In this document: positions 1-13,174 of the stretch, one piece after another
Numbering within the stretch: the stretch's first letter is position 1
Layout of the letters: the number at the start of each line of letters is the position of its first letter
From: Rhizophagus irregularis
Lineage: Eukaryota
Assembly: GCF_026210795.1 (NCBI RefSeq)
Contig: NC_089435.1
Coordinates: 1,984,001-2,048,000, forward strand
Direction: 5' to 3'
Length of the DNA stretch: 64,000 nucleotides
Notes under the pieces: model-generated
Told to the model about the DNA's origin: nothing
The model's database searches: none
Seen by the model: the letters and a program-made list of their open reading frames with translations, nothing else
Made by a program: the position numbers and the translations under genes

Positions 1-1573
1 TAAGTCGCGTTTGCCTAATTTTTTTTTTATTGAAACAAAGAAAATTAGTTTTATTTGACAAATTCATCATACTCATCAAATTTCCAAAACAGGTGAAAAT
101 AAATAGTTTAAAGAGAATTTTTCTTTGAACATTTTTTATTTTCTTTATATCGAATTATTAATGATTAAGGAAATATGTTAATCAACAACATTTTCGACGA
201 AATGCCCTTCAACGAAATGGATGACTTGGAAAAGGGATTCGGCGAAAAATTCGAGGTAAATATTAATAATTAGTATAATATTTAAAAAAAGTTTCATTTT
301 TATACTAAAAACATAATAATAATATGCTTATTTTTTTTTAAAAAAAAATTTAATTTTATTAAAATTACCATATGAGATGATACTATCGGTGACAGAGATG
401 ATCCTATCGACGAAACGTTTGAATGATTGTCGGTGAAGTAACGGTCGATGAGTTGAATGCGCTCCCTTGGATTTCGGGCTGAAATTTCGGATGATAGGTT
501 AGAGACTAAACTAACATTCCTTTTTCCTTTTGCTTTTTTCCTTAAGGAATTCATTCAAATTTACCTCCAAGAGCTGTACCGTTGCTTTTGTAAAATATTC
601 TGATGAATTGGCGAAATTACTTAAATATACTGTAATTCAGGTAAATATTCGAGAAAAGGAGAATGTTAATGATTTGATTGCGGAATAAATGAAATATTTT
701 TTGTAGATTACAATATGATATTGTTTTATCGTTATCAACCGAGATATCAGATCAATAAATTTGTTAACCTGGATCAACCCGCCCGACCCGATGCTCTAAT
801 ATAGTTATACAAGTACTGTACTTTTATATTAGCAAGAAACTTAGAGTTTTGTAAAACAGTATGGATGATAATATCACAAAGACATTCAACAGGTTAGCGT
901 TAATATGTCTGATATAGGTTGATAAAAATTAACTAGAGATACTTTCCGATCGAACAAACAATCCGGACCATGACATTACCATGACGCTATTCATTATTAT
1001 TTTTTTCAAGGATGCCCGACGGATTACGCTTGGCAGTTGCAATGGAAAACTTAAACGCTTACGAACAATTGTCAAAGATTATAACAATTTGAGTCGACGT
1101 TACTTTTAAAAAAAACTAATTGAGAATTGAACCCCAAAAAAAATCATGCGTAGATGGTCTCTTAATTAAAGTGTATTTAGAAAATAAATTTTCTTTAACA
1201 TCCCAAAAAATTCTAATTAAAATTTACGGTAAATCGATAAATTCATTTTATTTATTAATCAACTCCTATAACTCCTATACAAAATGTCTACAGTAAACGA
1301 TAATTTGATCTCCCAATAAAAAAAAAAATATAGACTAAAGCCCGAGCCCCGACTTTTCCTGTGGGTCCCCATATGTTGTTGAACGATGTCAATTCAAACT
1401 TTAAAATATACTTTACGCCTTTAGTAACATAAAATTTATCTTACCATAATTCTAACAAACTTTACTACCAAAAAAAAAAATATATATATATAGACTAACA
1501 AACTTTTTGCTACCAAGAAAAAACAAACACTCGATTATTGTATCAACATCATCATATCATCACTTAAAGCATA

Positions 1574-3085
1574 TTAAAGACGATAATCAACTCCACCACG
1601 AAATACTACATATTTAAAATCTTTGATTACTCCAGAACTTTTGTATTTATTAATCAATTCTTTATATTGTATTCCTTCATAAATAGGATCATTTGTAGTT
1701 AAGGAAAGTGCGGGTCTACCACTCCAATTTTTAAAGAATGTCTCCAAGTTTGGTAAAGAAAATTTAAAATCATCATAAAATCTAATTTCTCTCAAGTTAG
1801 TTGGCGCAGATCTAATTAATAATTTTAATAAATTATCGCCATTTTTCAAAAATTTTCTTTGAGTTTCCACCTTTCCCGAGTTATGTATAACTATTAATAA
1901 TGATTTTAAATTTTTACAAATTTTTAATAATTTTTCAAATTCAGAGAATTGCTCTGTTGTTGGTGAAAATGAAATTGATAAATATTCAATTAAAGGACAA
2001 TTTTGATAAATTTTACGAATAAAATTTAGTGAATAATCATTAAATTCACGAGCATCATAATTAGGTTTGAATAAAATTTTTTTAAGACATTCTCCACCAT
2101 TTTCGACTATACTAGAAATAAAATCTAATTTATTAATAGATTCATTATAATCTATTTTAATAATTTCAAGTTTCTTATAAACCACCATTTTCAATTTGTT
2201 TAATTGATCGTTATTAAAAGAAATATCACCACCAATTACTAGTTCTTTGAGATTATAGAATTTTAAAAGTATGTTTGGAAATAATAAATGTTGATAATCA
2301 TCTAATTCTTGAAAGGACACTTTTAAGCAATTGATATTTTCTGCATTTTTTTCTAGTGCAAGAAGAATTCCTACGTAAGGATCATCCTCCTCATCATCAT
2401 CTATAATATAATCTTCAAAAAGATCATCATTCCATTCAAAGTGCTTTAAATTCTCCTGAACTTCAATTAATTTGACTAATCCATGATTAGGAATTATGAC
2501 TTTATTAGTGATAATTAATACTTGTATATTTTTACAGCAACGTGATAATCCATAAAAGTATGAAGAATCAATGGAAGTATCACATTTTAATTCACATAGC
2601 GATTCAAAACGAGCCTTAGCTTCCGGAAAGTAAAATAATTGATGCTTAATTGATCTCATATCCAAATATCTCAACTCTGGACATTTTCTCATTAACAAAA
2701 GATAAAATTCTTCTTGAATAAAAAATTGATCATAAGCTGAAGTTGATCCAATAGAAGTTATACGATTTATAGTAATTACGTTAATACTTCTACAATAAGA
2801 TAAATAATCAAACGAGAGTGATTTGTTCGAAATTGAAGGTAATTGGATTACTTTACTTGTTATGAATTCTTTAATAGAATCAAATAAGTAGTAAACAATA
2901 ATGGTGAATAAAGAACTTTTAATCCTATAATTGTTGCCTTTATAAGACCAGGGATTCCTCCATAAAACTGGAACTGCTGTTTTACACCAAGATTTATTAA
3001 CCATTAAACAAGAAAAGAGAGATTTTAAATCATCTTGAAATTCTTCAAATATCAAATAAAGAATATCTTTATTAAGCTTAGACAT
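1574..3085 (-). CDS. F-box-like / LRR (RNI-like) protein, Glomeromycotina expanded family
   Basis: Intronless 503-aa ORF. N-terminal F-box-like motif (LNKDILYLIFEEF...SLFSCLMVNKSWCKTAVPVLW), followed by leucine-rich repeats (CPELRYLD, CKNLKSL). Confidence 0.85.
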   Translation of the reverse strand: MSKLNKDILYLIFEEFQDDLKSLFSCLMVNKSWCKTAVPVLWRNPWSYKGNNYRIKSSLFTIIVYYLFDSIKEFITSKVIQLPSISNKSLSFDYLSYCRSINVITINRITSIGSTSAYDQFFIQEEFYLLLMRKCPELRYLDMRSIKHQLFYFPEAKARFESLCELKCDTSIDSSYFYGLSRCCKNIQVLIITNKVIIPNHGLVKLIEVQENLKHFEWNDDLFEDYIIDDDEEDDPYVGILLALEKNAENINCLKVSFQELDDYQHLLFPNILLKFYNLKELVIGGDISFNNDQLNKLKMVVYKKLEIIKIDYNESINKLDFISSIVENGGECLKKILFKPNYDAREFNDYSLNFIRKIYQNCPLIEYLSISFSPTTEQFSEFEKLLKICKNLKSLLIVIHNSGKVETQRKFLKNGDNLLKLLIRSAPTNLREIRFYDDFKFSLPNLETFFKNWSGRPALSLTTNDPIYEGIQYKELINKYKSSGVIKDFKYVVFRGGVDYRL

Positions 3086-3576
3086 TTTTTTATTCGATTA
3101 AAATAATCTTTTACAATTGAAATATTATAAAAAATATAAATTGTCAAAAAATATTAAAATATTTACGGTAAGAAAGAGAAACAAAAAAAAAAAAAAACGA
3201 AAATCACGAAAATTTATAAAAAAAAAAAACTACGAGCTAGTTTGCCAAATCGGATTATTTTGTGCGACAATAAGCGATATCGTATTTTGCGATTATTAAG
3301 CACCCTGAAAATAGACGATTTGGGCTGGAATTATGAAAATCTTGGCCGGAATTAAATCAAAATCTATGTCGGGTAAATTGGATTTATAAATTTATGAATT
3401 AATAAATTTCATTCACTTAACTTTTTTACGTGAAAAACATGTACGTTATAACAGTGTTATAACTCAAAAAAGTTTTTATTTTTAAATATATATTTAATAA
3501 ATTGTTATAAATATATGATATTTTATAATAATATAATACATAAAACTATTTATACAGTAAATCAAATCCGCCGTCT

Positions 3577-5028
3577 CTAATATTCTCTATAAAGTCGAGA
3601 TTTTTTCTTTAACCATTCTAAACTATCAATATCTTCTAAAAAATTATCACAATCAAGAAATTCAATTTTTCTTACTGTTCCTTTTGATTTATATCTTTCT
3701 ACAATATTACAAATTTCTCGATAAAGTTTCTGAGATTGAAGCGCCTTTTTCATCCAAAAAGTGTTTAATTTTAATAACATTGGATGCCTTTTATCCCAAT
3801 CTTTAAAAAACGATTCCAAGGGTTCTAAATTAAATTTCGCATAATAAGCAAATTTGAATTTATATAAACCAACCGGGGAAGAATTACATAAAATTTCAAA
3901 TAAACTATTGATATCAATAGAACTATCATTATCGATAACTAAACCACATAAATATTTACAATTAATTAATAAATTCTCAAATTCTAAAAGATTCTTATTT
4001 TCAATTGATAATTCAAGATATTTAAGATTTTTACATTTTTTATAAATTGATTTGATGAGTCTATCATTAGTTTCTTTGATATTAATTTCAACCAGATGAC
4101 CACCCGAATTATCTATCATATCTGCTAATATTTCTACTGGTACACCAGAAATTTTTAAATATTTTATATTAGGTAAATTTAAAGATTTTAAATGAAAATG
4201 ATTATTCTCAAGGTTATTAGATTTCATATAAATTTTCAAACTTATTAAATTTGCAAAATGTGAAAGAAATTCCGTATTAGGATTCCAACCTAAATTTATA
4301 TGTTGAATATGATTAACATTATTTTTTAACAAATCTTCGAGTGATATTTCATTCTTCTTTTTTGAATCACCCAATAAGCAGACTTGCTTCAAGTTTTTCT
4401 GAGCTTTAATTAATTTATCGAATCCAGAATTAACAATCTTTCCGTGATACAAGTTTTCAATTTTAATTTTTTTAATTGAAGTAATTATATTAGACATTCC
4501 TATTAAGATAGGTTTCTTGATACTGCTATCACACTTAAATAGTTCGAGAAACGAAAAACATTTATCAGCATCCGGAAAATTGTCAATTTGAATTTCCAAC
4601 TTAGCTGGAATAAAGAGTGAAATAAACTTTGAATTTTTGTTAATAAACAATTTATAAATTTCATTTCTTATAATATTCATATTTGAATCTTTAGTTTTTC
4701 TTAAATAAATCATATCATCTAAAAGTCGTAAATTCAAATGTCTCCAAAGACTAATATAATTAAATAAAGGTGGTCCATAATCTTCCGTATCGATTCCTTG
4801 CTCTTTCAAAATACCTTTCGAATCTTCAGATAAATGTGAAATTATTACATTAAATAATTTAGTCTTTACATTATCAGGTAGACGTTTTCTCCCGAGTGTT
4901 TTCCATAACATGGGTGCCGTAATTTCACACCAAGTTCTATTTACTAGAAGGCAACAACGAAGAGATGGTTTATCATCTTTTAATTGTTCTAATATCATTA
5001 AAATTATGTCTCTGTTGAGTTGTACCAT
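3577..5028 (-). CDS. F-box-like / LRR protein, paralog of 1574..3085
   Basis: The ORF track begins at 5121, but similarity to the neighbour starts at MVQLNRDIILMILEQL (ATG at 5028). Contains CLLVNRTWCEITAPMLW and a C-terminal LRR region ending LESFFKDW. Confidence 0.8.
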   Translation of the reverse strand: MVQLNRDIILMILEQLKDDKPSLRCCLLVNRTWCEITAPMLWKTLGRKRLPDNVKTKLFNVIISHLSEDSKGILKEQGIDTEDYGPPLFNYISLWRHLNLRLLDDMIYLRKTKDSNMNIIRNEIYKLFINKNSKFISLFIPAKLEIQIDNFPDADKCFSFLELFKCDSSIKKPILIGMSNIITSIKKIKIENLYHGKIVNSGFDKLIKAQKNLKQVCLLGDSKKKNEISLEDLLKNNVNHIQHINLGWNPNTEFLSHFANLISLKIYMKSNNLENNHFHLKSLNLPNIKYLKISGVPVEILADMIDNSGGHLVEINIKETNDRLIKSIYKKCKNLKYLELSIENKNLLEFENLLINCKYLCGLVIDNDSSIDINSLFEILCNSSPVGLYKFKFAYYAKFNLEPLESFFKDWDKRHPMLLKLNTFWMKKALQSQKLYREICNIVERYKSKGTVRKIEFLDCDNFLEDIDSLEWLKKKSRLYREY

Positions 5029-6914
5029 TTTTAAATACGAGAGGATTTTTAAAAAGTTTTTTTTTTTAGAATTTTTTTGGGGGAGAAAGGATGAAAGGAT
5101 GTCTAATATATATTGTATCATTTATTAATATTTATACAGGATTTGTACATATTTTGTATAACAAACCTATATGCAATGAAAGATAATAATTCATTCGGAT
5201 TGGTTATTGTTATTGGAAGCACAAACATTTTTTTTCCTTATAGAGAGTGTTATACTTTTATTAATATATCTAAAATCATAGTATCTGGAAGTATATCGTA
5301 TTTGATTTACCACAAATTTAACCGTTTCTAACTGTTCTAAACTTAAATAGGTGAAATTATCTTGAAAACTAATATTAGAACATAATTAGGATTGGACCAC
5401 TTTTTTACTATTATTTTACTTTTTTATTTTTTGTACGATGGTATGACGGTGTACAAAATGGTGACCTCATTGGTATAAACTTAGAAAAAGGGATACATGT
5501 ATGTATCAAATATTAAAAAATATTGAATTAAGAAAGGAAAGATTCGTGGGTACGTAACTCATCAAATGGATTTATCATTTTTTTCCAATGTTAAAATACC
5601 AAATATAAAACGTTCATGGTATGATAAACACGTGGGACAAAATTCTTGAAGCAGACTATCACCAACATTTTTCTCATGATAATTTAATAAATTTCAACGA
5701 CGAATCATAAATTTTTAAAGTATATACAGTAATTAAAAATTATGATACAAATTAAAAAACTGAAGTAGGATAAATTTTTATAATACACCAAAGAAAGGAT
5801 TTTATTCTGTATTTCACATGATACATAAATAATAAATTTTACTAAATTACTAAAATTTCGTAATTTTTTGAGTGGCAGTTTTCATTGCATCATCGGTTTC
5901 TCCGCTTCCCGTTTCACATGTTGACATGATCAACATGCTTTTATTTGAAAATTTTGTAATACGGTAAACAAATATTAATGGAATGTTGTTAAATTCACAT
6001 ATGTATTAATCATTAAAATATACTAAAATTCCGGAACTTTATTATTTATATTAAAACTTATAGGTTTAATAGTTTGATACAACGGTCTTATTTATATGTT
6101 TAAAAAACCGAATATAAATAAAAAAAAATCGATGAAGCAGTTGCGATTGCCGATTGTAATACAAATAAATAATATACTAACTAACAAACAAATAATTAAA
6201 TCCGATCCAATTAGAATAATGATTGATTAATAATTTAATAATCACAAGCATCGTATGGTAGTCTCATTAACAAATAAATGCCTTTTTTACAATTTTGTAA
6301 GTTTTTTTTTAATAAGCCTTTTTTCCTTTATTATTATCGTTATATTTATTATTACTTTGGAAAGACGTTACTTTAATATGTATGATCTTCATAGATACCT
6401 GCACAAATATTGGACCACCCATGAAAACGGTAAACTTATTTTGTAAAAATAAATAAGTCCCATGACAAAGGACAGTCAAATGATATAGCGATTAAATTAA
6501 ATAAATCAATATATCTCTTTGAACCAATAGCTAACGATCGTCAAAAATAATTTAATTTCAATATTCCCACAAAATAACGCACTCGCTTTAAGAGTTAAGT
6601 ATTAATCTTTAATTAATAATAATTTATAATAATGTCATTATACATTAAAAAGAAAAATTTTATTTATTTAAAGACAAATGAAAAATGTTTTTTGTGTATC
6701 ATTATTAATATTTATATTTATATTTATTATTATATATATATATTTATTTATTTTATGAAGTTTTGCAGCGCTTGAAAAGAAACTAAAGACAAGTATATAC
6801 CGTATCACGGTATCACGTGAGTATATACAATCATCGAAAAAAATGATTGCCGGGTTACATATGTATAACATTTGGATGTATTCTACACGGCTTTAAACAT
6901 AACTTAAATATTAT

Positions 6915-7055
6915 GTTTATCACTATTCTTAAAAAAGAATATAAAACAATTTTTAGCGCTTCTTCACAAATTTCGCTATATTCATTAGATTCTCGCACAA
7001 TTAAATTATATCCTACAAGAATTTCATTACTATCTTTTACTTTTAATAATTGTTA
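6915..7055 (-). pseudogene. TLDc-domain relic
   Basis: DNA similarity to the TLDc exon of the BTB-TLDc genes (ttatatcctacaagaatttcattactatcttttac corresponds to KDSNEILGGYN; cactattcttaaaaaagaatataaa corresponds to FIFSFKNS). Confidence 0.6.
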
Positions 7056-7749
7056 GCCCTTATCCATCCTAATCCAAACCCATTCTCGTAGTTAGTTGAC
7101 CTTACGTTATCTGCTTCGGATTCATTCAAGAAACTAAATTCATTGTCTGATAGCAATCCATTTCATCGTATAGTCGTGGAAGTCGTGCAAAAATTCATTA
7201 GACCTTCCTATAAAGATATCGGCGAGAAATATGGTGATAAAGCTCCACTTTCACGTTCTTTATTTACATTTCGTAGTAATATTGTTAGTTCACGAAATTA
7301 TTCGTTCAACTTATATAATATAAAGATTTTTTTTATTTTTCCACTAATTCCATCAGGACTCGTTTTGGTGCAGTATCAAACATGACACGTATCCCGTAAG
7401 AGTCACTCAAACATCTTCCACCTTTAGATATAATATTTGGCCGTAAGGATTCCGCTGACCACATATCATACTCCCAAAGCACGTTGTTGAGTTCACAATA
7501 TATTTTTCTTGAACTTGTAATCTAATAATCTTTTACTGTTTCTAACGAATTTTTAAAAATTTCTAATTCAATCGTTACAGGATGATATGATATTGATTAT
7601 ATGTGGAAAACTATCAAATATATCCACAAAGCAAATTTAAGGTTATATACATTTTCTACCTCGTCTATAATTTTTAATCAATCGGCCTATTTTGAGATTG
7701 TTTCAGCACGTTGAAATGTAATGATTTTGGAATCAATATTATTTTCCTT

Positions 7750-7862
7750 AATAGTCTTTTATAGTTTTTGATACGTTGAAATCTATCGAAACTGAACTGT
7801 TTAAGGTATATATTGTTTAGTGTTCGAACTCGTGACAGCGCTATGAACGTTAGACCCGTCAC
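7750..7862 (-). pseudogene. PIF1-type helicase C-terminal fragment
   Basis: GLTFIALSRVRTL..FSFDRFQRI resembles PIF1/SF1 helicase motif VI (YVALSR). Isolated fragment. Confidence 0.6.
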
Positions 7863-7949
7863 AAACTTTATACGAGATTTTGATTTTTTAATTGATTAAT
7901 TGTAAGAATACAAAAATATTTTACAAACTTTTATATAATTCTTTTTTGT

Positions 7950-8731
7950 GAAATTTTTTATAGATAAAATTTCGTCTGAAACTCATCAAGAAGTTAAATT
8001 ATAGAATCTAATACAATTTTAATTATTTTTCAAAGTATTAGAATCTTTAAAAAATTTGTAGGATCAGAAGGAACTTCGGAGTTTTGAGCAAAACACATTC
8101 CATACTTGAATTTCGTCCATTTGAAGATTATCACTTTGAATAATTGTAACCAAAATTTATTTCCAGAATTGAAGTCTTATCTGAATCTTTAGACATTAAA
8201 TCAATAAAAGTTTTTGAAGTTCCAAGAAAGAATCGTTCTCAAGGCTTGTTTGATATATCAAATTAAATTTTTTTCTATATAATTTGCCTTAATTTCGATC
8301 AAAAATTATTATAAATGGGTGTGAACTGTTCTTGGAGACCAAGATAACTTCCAGCGACCAAGATTTTAATTATATTTATAGTGTCATATTCTTCCAAAGA
8401 AATTCTTCCACCATAAAATATATCTAAATATAAAGCGTAAATTTAAATACATTGTTATATATTCATTTATTCATTTTGTAATTTGTATTTTGACAATTTT
8501 TTTAGTACTTACCTTATAAAATATTTGGTAATTTTATATGAACCAAAGTTTCATCATTGTTTCTTACTGATTGTCAAAATTCTTCGTAAATAAATAGAAA
8601 AGTAACCATACGAAACACGAAATATCTTTATATAAGTGGCATTACTAACTTTCAATAGTAACATCGCAATATTCATCATTGTTTAAACTTCAAGTAAATT
8701 TTGAAATAATTTCCGTAAAAATTTATCGATG
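7950..8731 (-). pseudogene. Degraded BTB-BACK(-TLDc) paralog
   Basis: Collinear with exon 1, intron and the BACK region of the 9503..10998 gene, with many indels. The upstream motif is retained at about 8791-8820. Confidence 0.8.
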
Positions 8732-9502
8732 ATCTAATAAATTTAAAGAGAAGAAAAGAAACGAAAAGGATTAACAATTTTGTTAAATGGTTATGATTGC
8801 TTCTGCAGCTTGTTGACCTAAATCCATCGTCTTATTATTTAGAATAAAGAAAATTTAATCATTAAATAATGATTACCAATTTCTTTTTCTTATATTTCAA
8901 TTTTAATTTAAATTAGAGAAAACTGTTTAAAGTGATATTAAAAACGTCTTATGATTTAATCCCTATCAATGAAATTAGATTATATGGACGGATGTGGGTA
9001 AGTTTTTCAGCAAATTCCTTTTATTTTAAAGTAACTTAAAGTAAAAAATATTTTTTTTAAATCATTTTATTTATGGATTATGTAATAAAAACCTACTAAT
9101 TTTGATGTTCAAAAAATTATGAATTAAACGAGCAAAAAGTAGAGTTTTATAAATTCATTCAAGATATTAAAATAACATCATACCAAATTCTAAACATGTT
9201 TAGAATGGTAGGATAAATTAAAATTATTAAATGTATTGTAATTTTTACAAATTTTATAGGAAAAAATATCTAGATACTAGGATAAGAAGTGGACAGATAA
9301 TAATATATAAGGCGGTTAACACAGTTTTTATAATATAACAAATAGCCTACTAACATTCTAATACGTTTCATTAACTACAATTCATAACAATTTAATGCTT
9401 AAGGAAGTAAGAACTGAATACAATAAAAATAAAAAAAAAGAATAGTAAATATTAAATAATATAAGAAAAGTTCAAATCGCATCAACTATTGTAAATTCAA
9501 TT

Positions 9503-10998
9503 TTAGTTTATAAGTTGAAATACTTCATATTCTTCCACAGTAAATTTATCAGTAGATTCTCTGATCTGCTTTTCGTAATCAGTACCATTACAATGACCGG
9601 TGTATCCATATAAATCAAGATCACGGACACCAAATGATGGGCCAAGATCACTATGGTTATACGTGGCATATTTTTCACTTTTTACACGACTTAAAATATA
9701 ACTTTCAACATCGACACTATTCTTAAAAGAGAATATAAAGCTATCTTTAGTAGCACCAAAAAATTCATAGTCATTGGATTTCCATGCAATTGGATTATAT
9801 CCTCCAAGAATTTCATTACTATTGTTCACTTTAATAATTGTTATAGTACGAGGTCGATTATCACAGATTTTATGAAATTTTTTATGTGTAAACCCATCAC
9901 GAGATCCACGAAATAACAATCGAAATTTGTATGCATTTTCTATCTCATCTGTAATTTCTAATCTATCGATCCATTTTGAAATTAATTCAGCATGTTGAAT
10001 TGTAATAATTTTGGAATTAATATCAATCTTTTTGGTAGTCACAATACGAGGTTTTGATTTTTTATTAGGATTCATAAAATATTTTAATAAGTCTTCATAT
10101 AATAAATCCTTTGGTAAAATCTTCCTGTAAGGTAATACTTTATCCGAAAATTCTTCAGAAGATAAATTATGAAATCTGATAAATGGAATACATTGACGCA
10201 CATTATTCTTTAAAGTTTTGAAATCTTCTTTTGAAAAATTTGTAGTATCAGAAGGAAGTTCAGGACTTTGAGCAAGTCCCCATTTTAGCACATGTTCCCA
10301 TACTTTAATTTCGCTCATTTGAAGATTATTACTTTGAATAAGTGAAACTAAAAGATTTTCTGGAATTGAAGAAAAATTTGGTGATTTGAATATTTTATCC
10401 GGCTCTTTAGACGTTAAATCAGTACAAAATTTTTGAAGTTCCAAGAAAGAATCATTCTCAAAGCTTGTTTTATATATCAAATTAAAATTTGATTTCATCC
10501 AATCTGCCTTAGTTTTAACCAAAAAGGATTGTATATCACCGATTAGTTCTTGGAGACCGAATTCACTTGCAGCAAATAAGACGTCAATTATATCCGAATT
10601 ATCATATTCCTCCAAAGAAATTCTTCCACTATAAATATATCTAAAATAAAAAAAAAGTATGAATTCATATACATTATTATATAATCATTTTATAATTTAA
10701 ACTCTTGTAATTTAAATTCAAATTCATCTCTTAACTCTTACCTCAAGATTATCTGAAAAATTTCAGGTAAAATATTTGATAATTTTATATGAACCAAAGT
10801 TCCATCATTTTTCTTTTTAATGGTAGACAAAATTCTTCGTAAATAAGTGGAACGATAATGTAAGATAACCATATGAGCACGAAATATCTTTATATAAGGG
10901 TCATTACCAACTTCAATAGTAATATCATAATATTCTTCATCGTTTAAAATATCAAGTAAATTTTGAGATAATTTCGGTAAAAATTTATTATCATTCAT
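9503..10998 (-). CDS. BTB/POZ-BACK-TLDc protein, copy 1 (exons 10998-10742 and 10640-9503)
   Basis: BTB motif (DITIEVG..KIFRAHMVIL). GT-AG intron 10741-10641 joins in frame to give ILR-YIYSGRISLEEY. BACK motif (MSEIKVWEHVLKW) and TLDc motifs (LLFRGSRDGF, ILGGYNP, VEEYEVFQ) follow. Confidence 0.9.
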
Positions 10999-11065
10999 AA
11001 TTTTAATAATTTTTTTTTAAAAAAAGAAATGAGAAGGTTTAACAATTTTGTTAAATGTTTAATTT

Positions 11066-11100
11066 TATATATAAATTGCTGCTGCAGCTTGTTGATCTGA
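11066..11100 (-). promoter_or_regulatory. Conserved upstream element plus TATA-like box of the BTB-TLDc genes
   Basis: TCAGATCAACAAGCTGCAGCAGCAATTTATATA about 70 nt before the ATG. Recurs at about 8791, 17147, 18950, 24005 and 62650. Confidence 0.6.
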
Positions 11101-11539
11101 GTCATCGTCTTATTAAGCAAGTACTACCGGATAATTTCTAAAATATGCGAAAAATTTATTTGACACCACTAAGAGATTTACGTTAAATTTTCCTAGAATT
11201 TAATTTGATGATCACAAAATCGGCAACTTTAATTCCTATATTTGTCAAAAAAAAAAAATGATCGGCGGAGGTCCTTTGAGCGAAATTTTTTTACTTTAAT
11301 GTTTTTTATATATGTATATTATATATATAATATATATATATAGGAGGAAAAATAAAATTGATAATGGATTCATTAGAGTAAAATCATGAATTAGGCTTAT
11401 GTGTGTCACCTTTGCTGCATGTTAAATTAAGCCATCAAATAATAGTTTTTTGATAATTCTTTTCAAAATTTTCGAAAAATAACAAGTGATCATCATACTG
11501 GAACATCAAAGTAATTATCGAAACTTTCATAAAATAATA

Positions 11540-12025
11540 AAACTGAATGCCATTTAAGCATTTTTTTTCTTAGGTTAATATAAAAAAATGTCATTTCGGC
11601 GTTTTTTTTTTATAAATTGATATGAAAATGCTGAAACGGCATTTTTTTCATAAGTCAAATGAAAAAAAAGGCTGAAACGGCATTTTTTTCATAAATTGAT
11701 ATGAAAATGCCGAAATGGCATTTTTTCACAAGTTGATATAAAAAAAACGCTGAAACGGCATTTTTTTCATAAATTGATATGAAAATGTCATTTCGGCATT
11801 TTTTTTCTTAGGTTAATATGAAAAAAATGTTGTTTCGGCGGTTTTTTTCATAAATTGATATAAAATGCCATTTCGGTATTTTTTTCATAAAAAAAAACGC
11901 TAAAACGGCATTTTTTCCATAAAATAATATGAAAATATGAAAAAAAGCCGTTTTCGGCATTTTTTCCATTAAAAAAATAGAAAGATGCTGAAATGGCATC
12001 TTTTCTCATAAAATAATATGAAAAA
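11540..12025. repeat. ~38-40-bp minisatellite with hairpin core in mixed orientations
   Basis: About a dozen degenerate units of aaatgccgaaatggcatttttttcataaattgatatg. The core appears as both gctgaaacggc and gtcatttcggc. Confidence 0.8.
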
Positions 12026-13174
12026 CATTTTTTTAAAAAAATTTAATCTTTATTAGTATTGCGGAAATTGCCAAAGCAATGACTGCAACATATCAGTAAG
12101 GCATAAGCGAATCCTATGAATTGAATCTAATCCCGGAATAGTTGCATTTTATACACTTTACGCGTGTTAAACAACAGAAGAGGCCCAAAGCTAAACATGA
12201 CCCCTGCTGTCAGTACTATCTAATAATCCAATATCACACCACCAGGAACTTAACTTTGTTTCTAAAATTTTTTACGTAAAATCACGTGACTTTGGAAAAA
12301 TAAGATCCTGTTAATGTCACCTTTCTAATTTTAGATTCCAAAATGTATGAATTGCTTATAATTGCTCGTAATCATTTTGAAACCAAAAAATTTTTCATAA
12401 CAATATATACACTAAAGTATAAACTTAGATGCTTTAAGTTGAAAGTTCATGTCAAATCTAAAATTGAAAGCTAAATTAGCACAACTTGTATGACTTTATA
12501 GCCACCATTTTATTTATAAAATGACTGACAGAACTGTTCCAGCTACTGTATCTTAAAAACAAAAATAAATAGAATGCTATTTCTTATTATAAATTTCACA
12601 GCTCCCCATGAATGATGGACTCTTGTTAATAATCATAACAACAATGTAAAAGTTTATGAATCTATTTTCTGACGAATACCAAATTTTTTAAATTCAAAAA
12701 AAAACTGTTTAAAGTATATTAAAGACGCAGATATCAAATCTATCTTATGATAATGACTATCAATGAAACAATATATGGATAATGGAAGTTTTTCAAGTAC
12801 TAATTTAAGGGAAAAAATCATTTTTTTATCATTTTTATTTATGGATAGTATACAATAAAATCAACCGATTGTGAACATCAAAAAAAATTAGCAAAATTAG
12901 AGTATTTCATAAATTCATTCAAAGAAATATCATACCAAATTCCAACATGTTTAGAATGGATAGAAAAATTAAAATTGTCAAATGTATTGTAATTTTTTAG
13001 ATAGGATAAGAAGCAAGTGGATGGGTTATAATATACTATAAGACGGTTAGCACAATTTTTATAATATAACAAATAGTCTATTAACATTCTAACAAGTTTC
13101 CTTAACTATAATATTTATTTTTTTTATTTTTTATTTTATTCATACTTCTTTAAGGATTAAATTGTTAAAAATTG

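Noticed and set aside
300..554. 84-aa ORF or possible exon
   Set aside because: No recognisable domain, and the gene structure cannot be resolved at the window edge.
7060..7520. Higher-GC gene fragment
   Set aside because: It looks like coding debris, but no family is recognisable.
11540..12025. CRISPR-like array of palindromic repeats
   Set aside because: No unique spacers, degenerate units, eukaryotic context and no cas genes.
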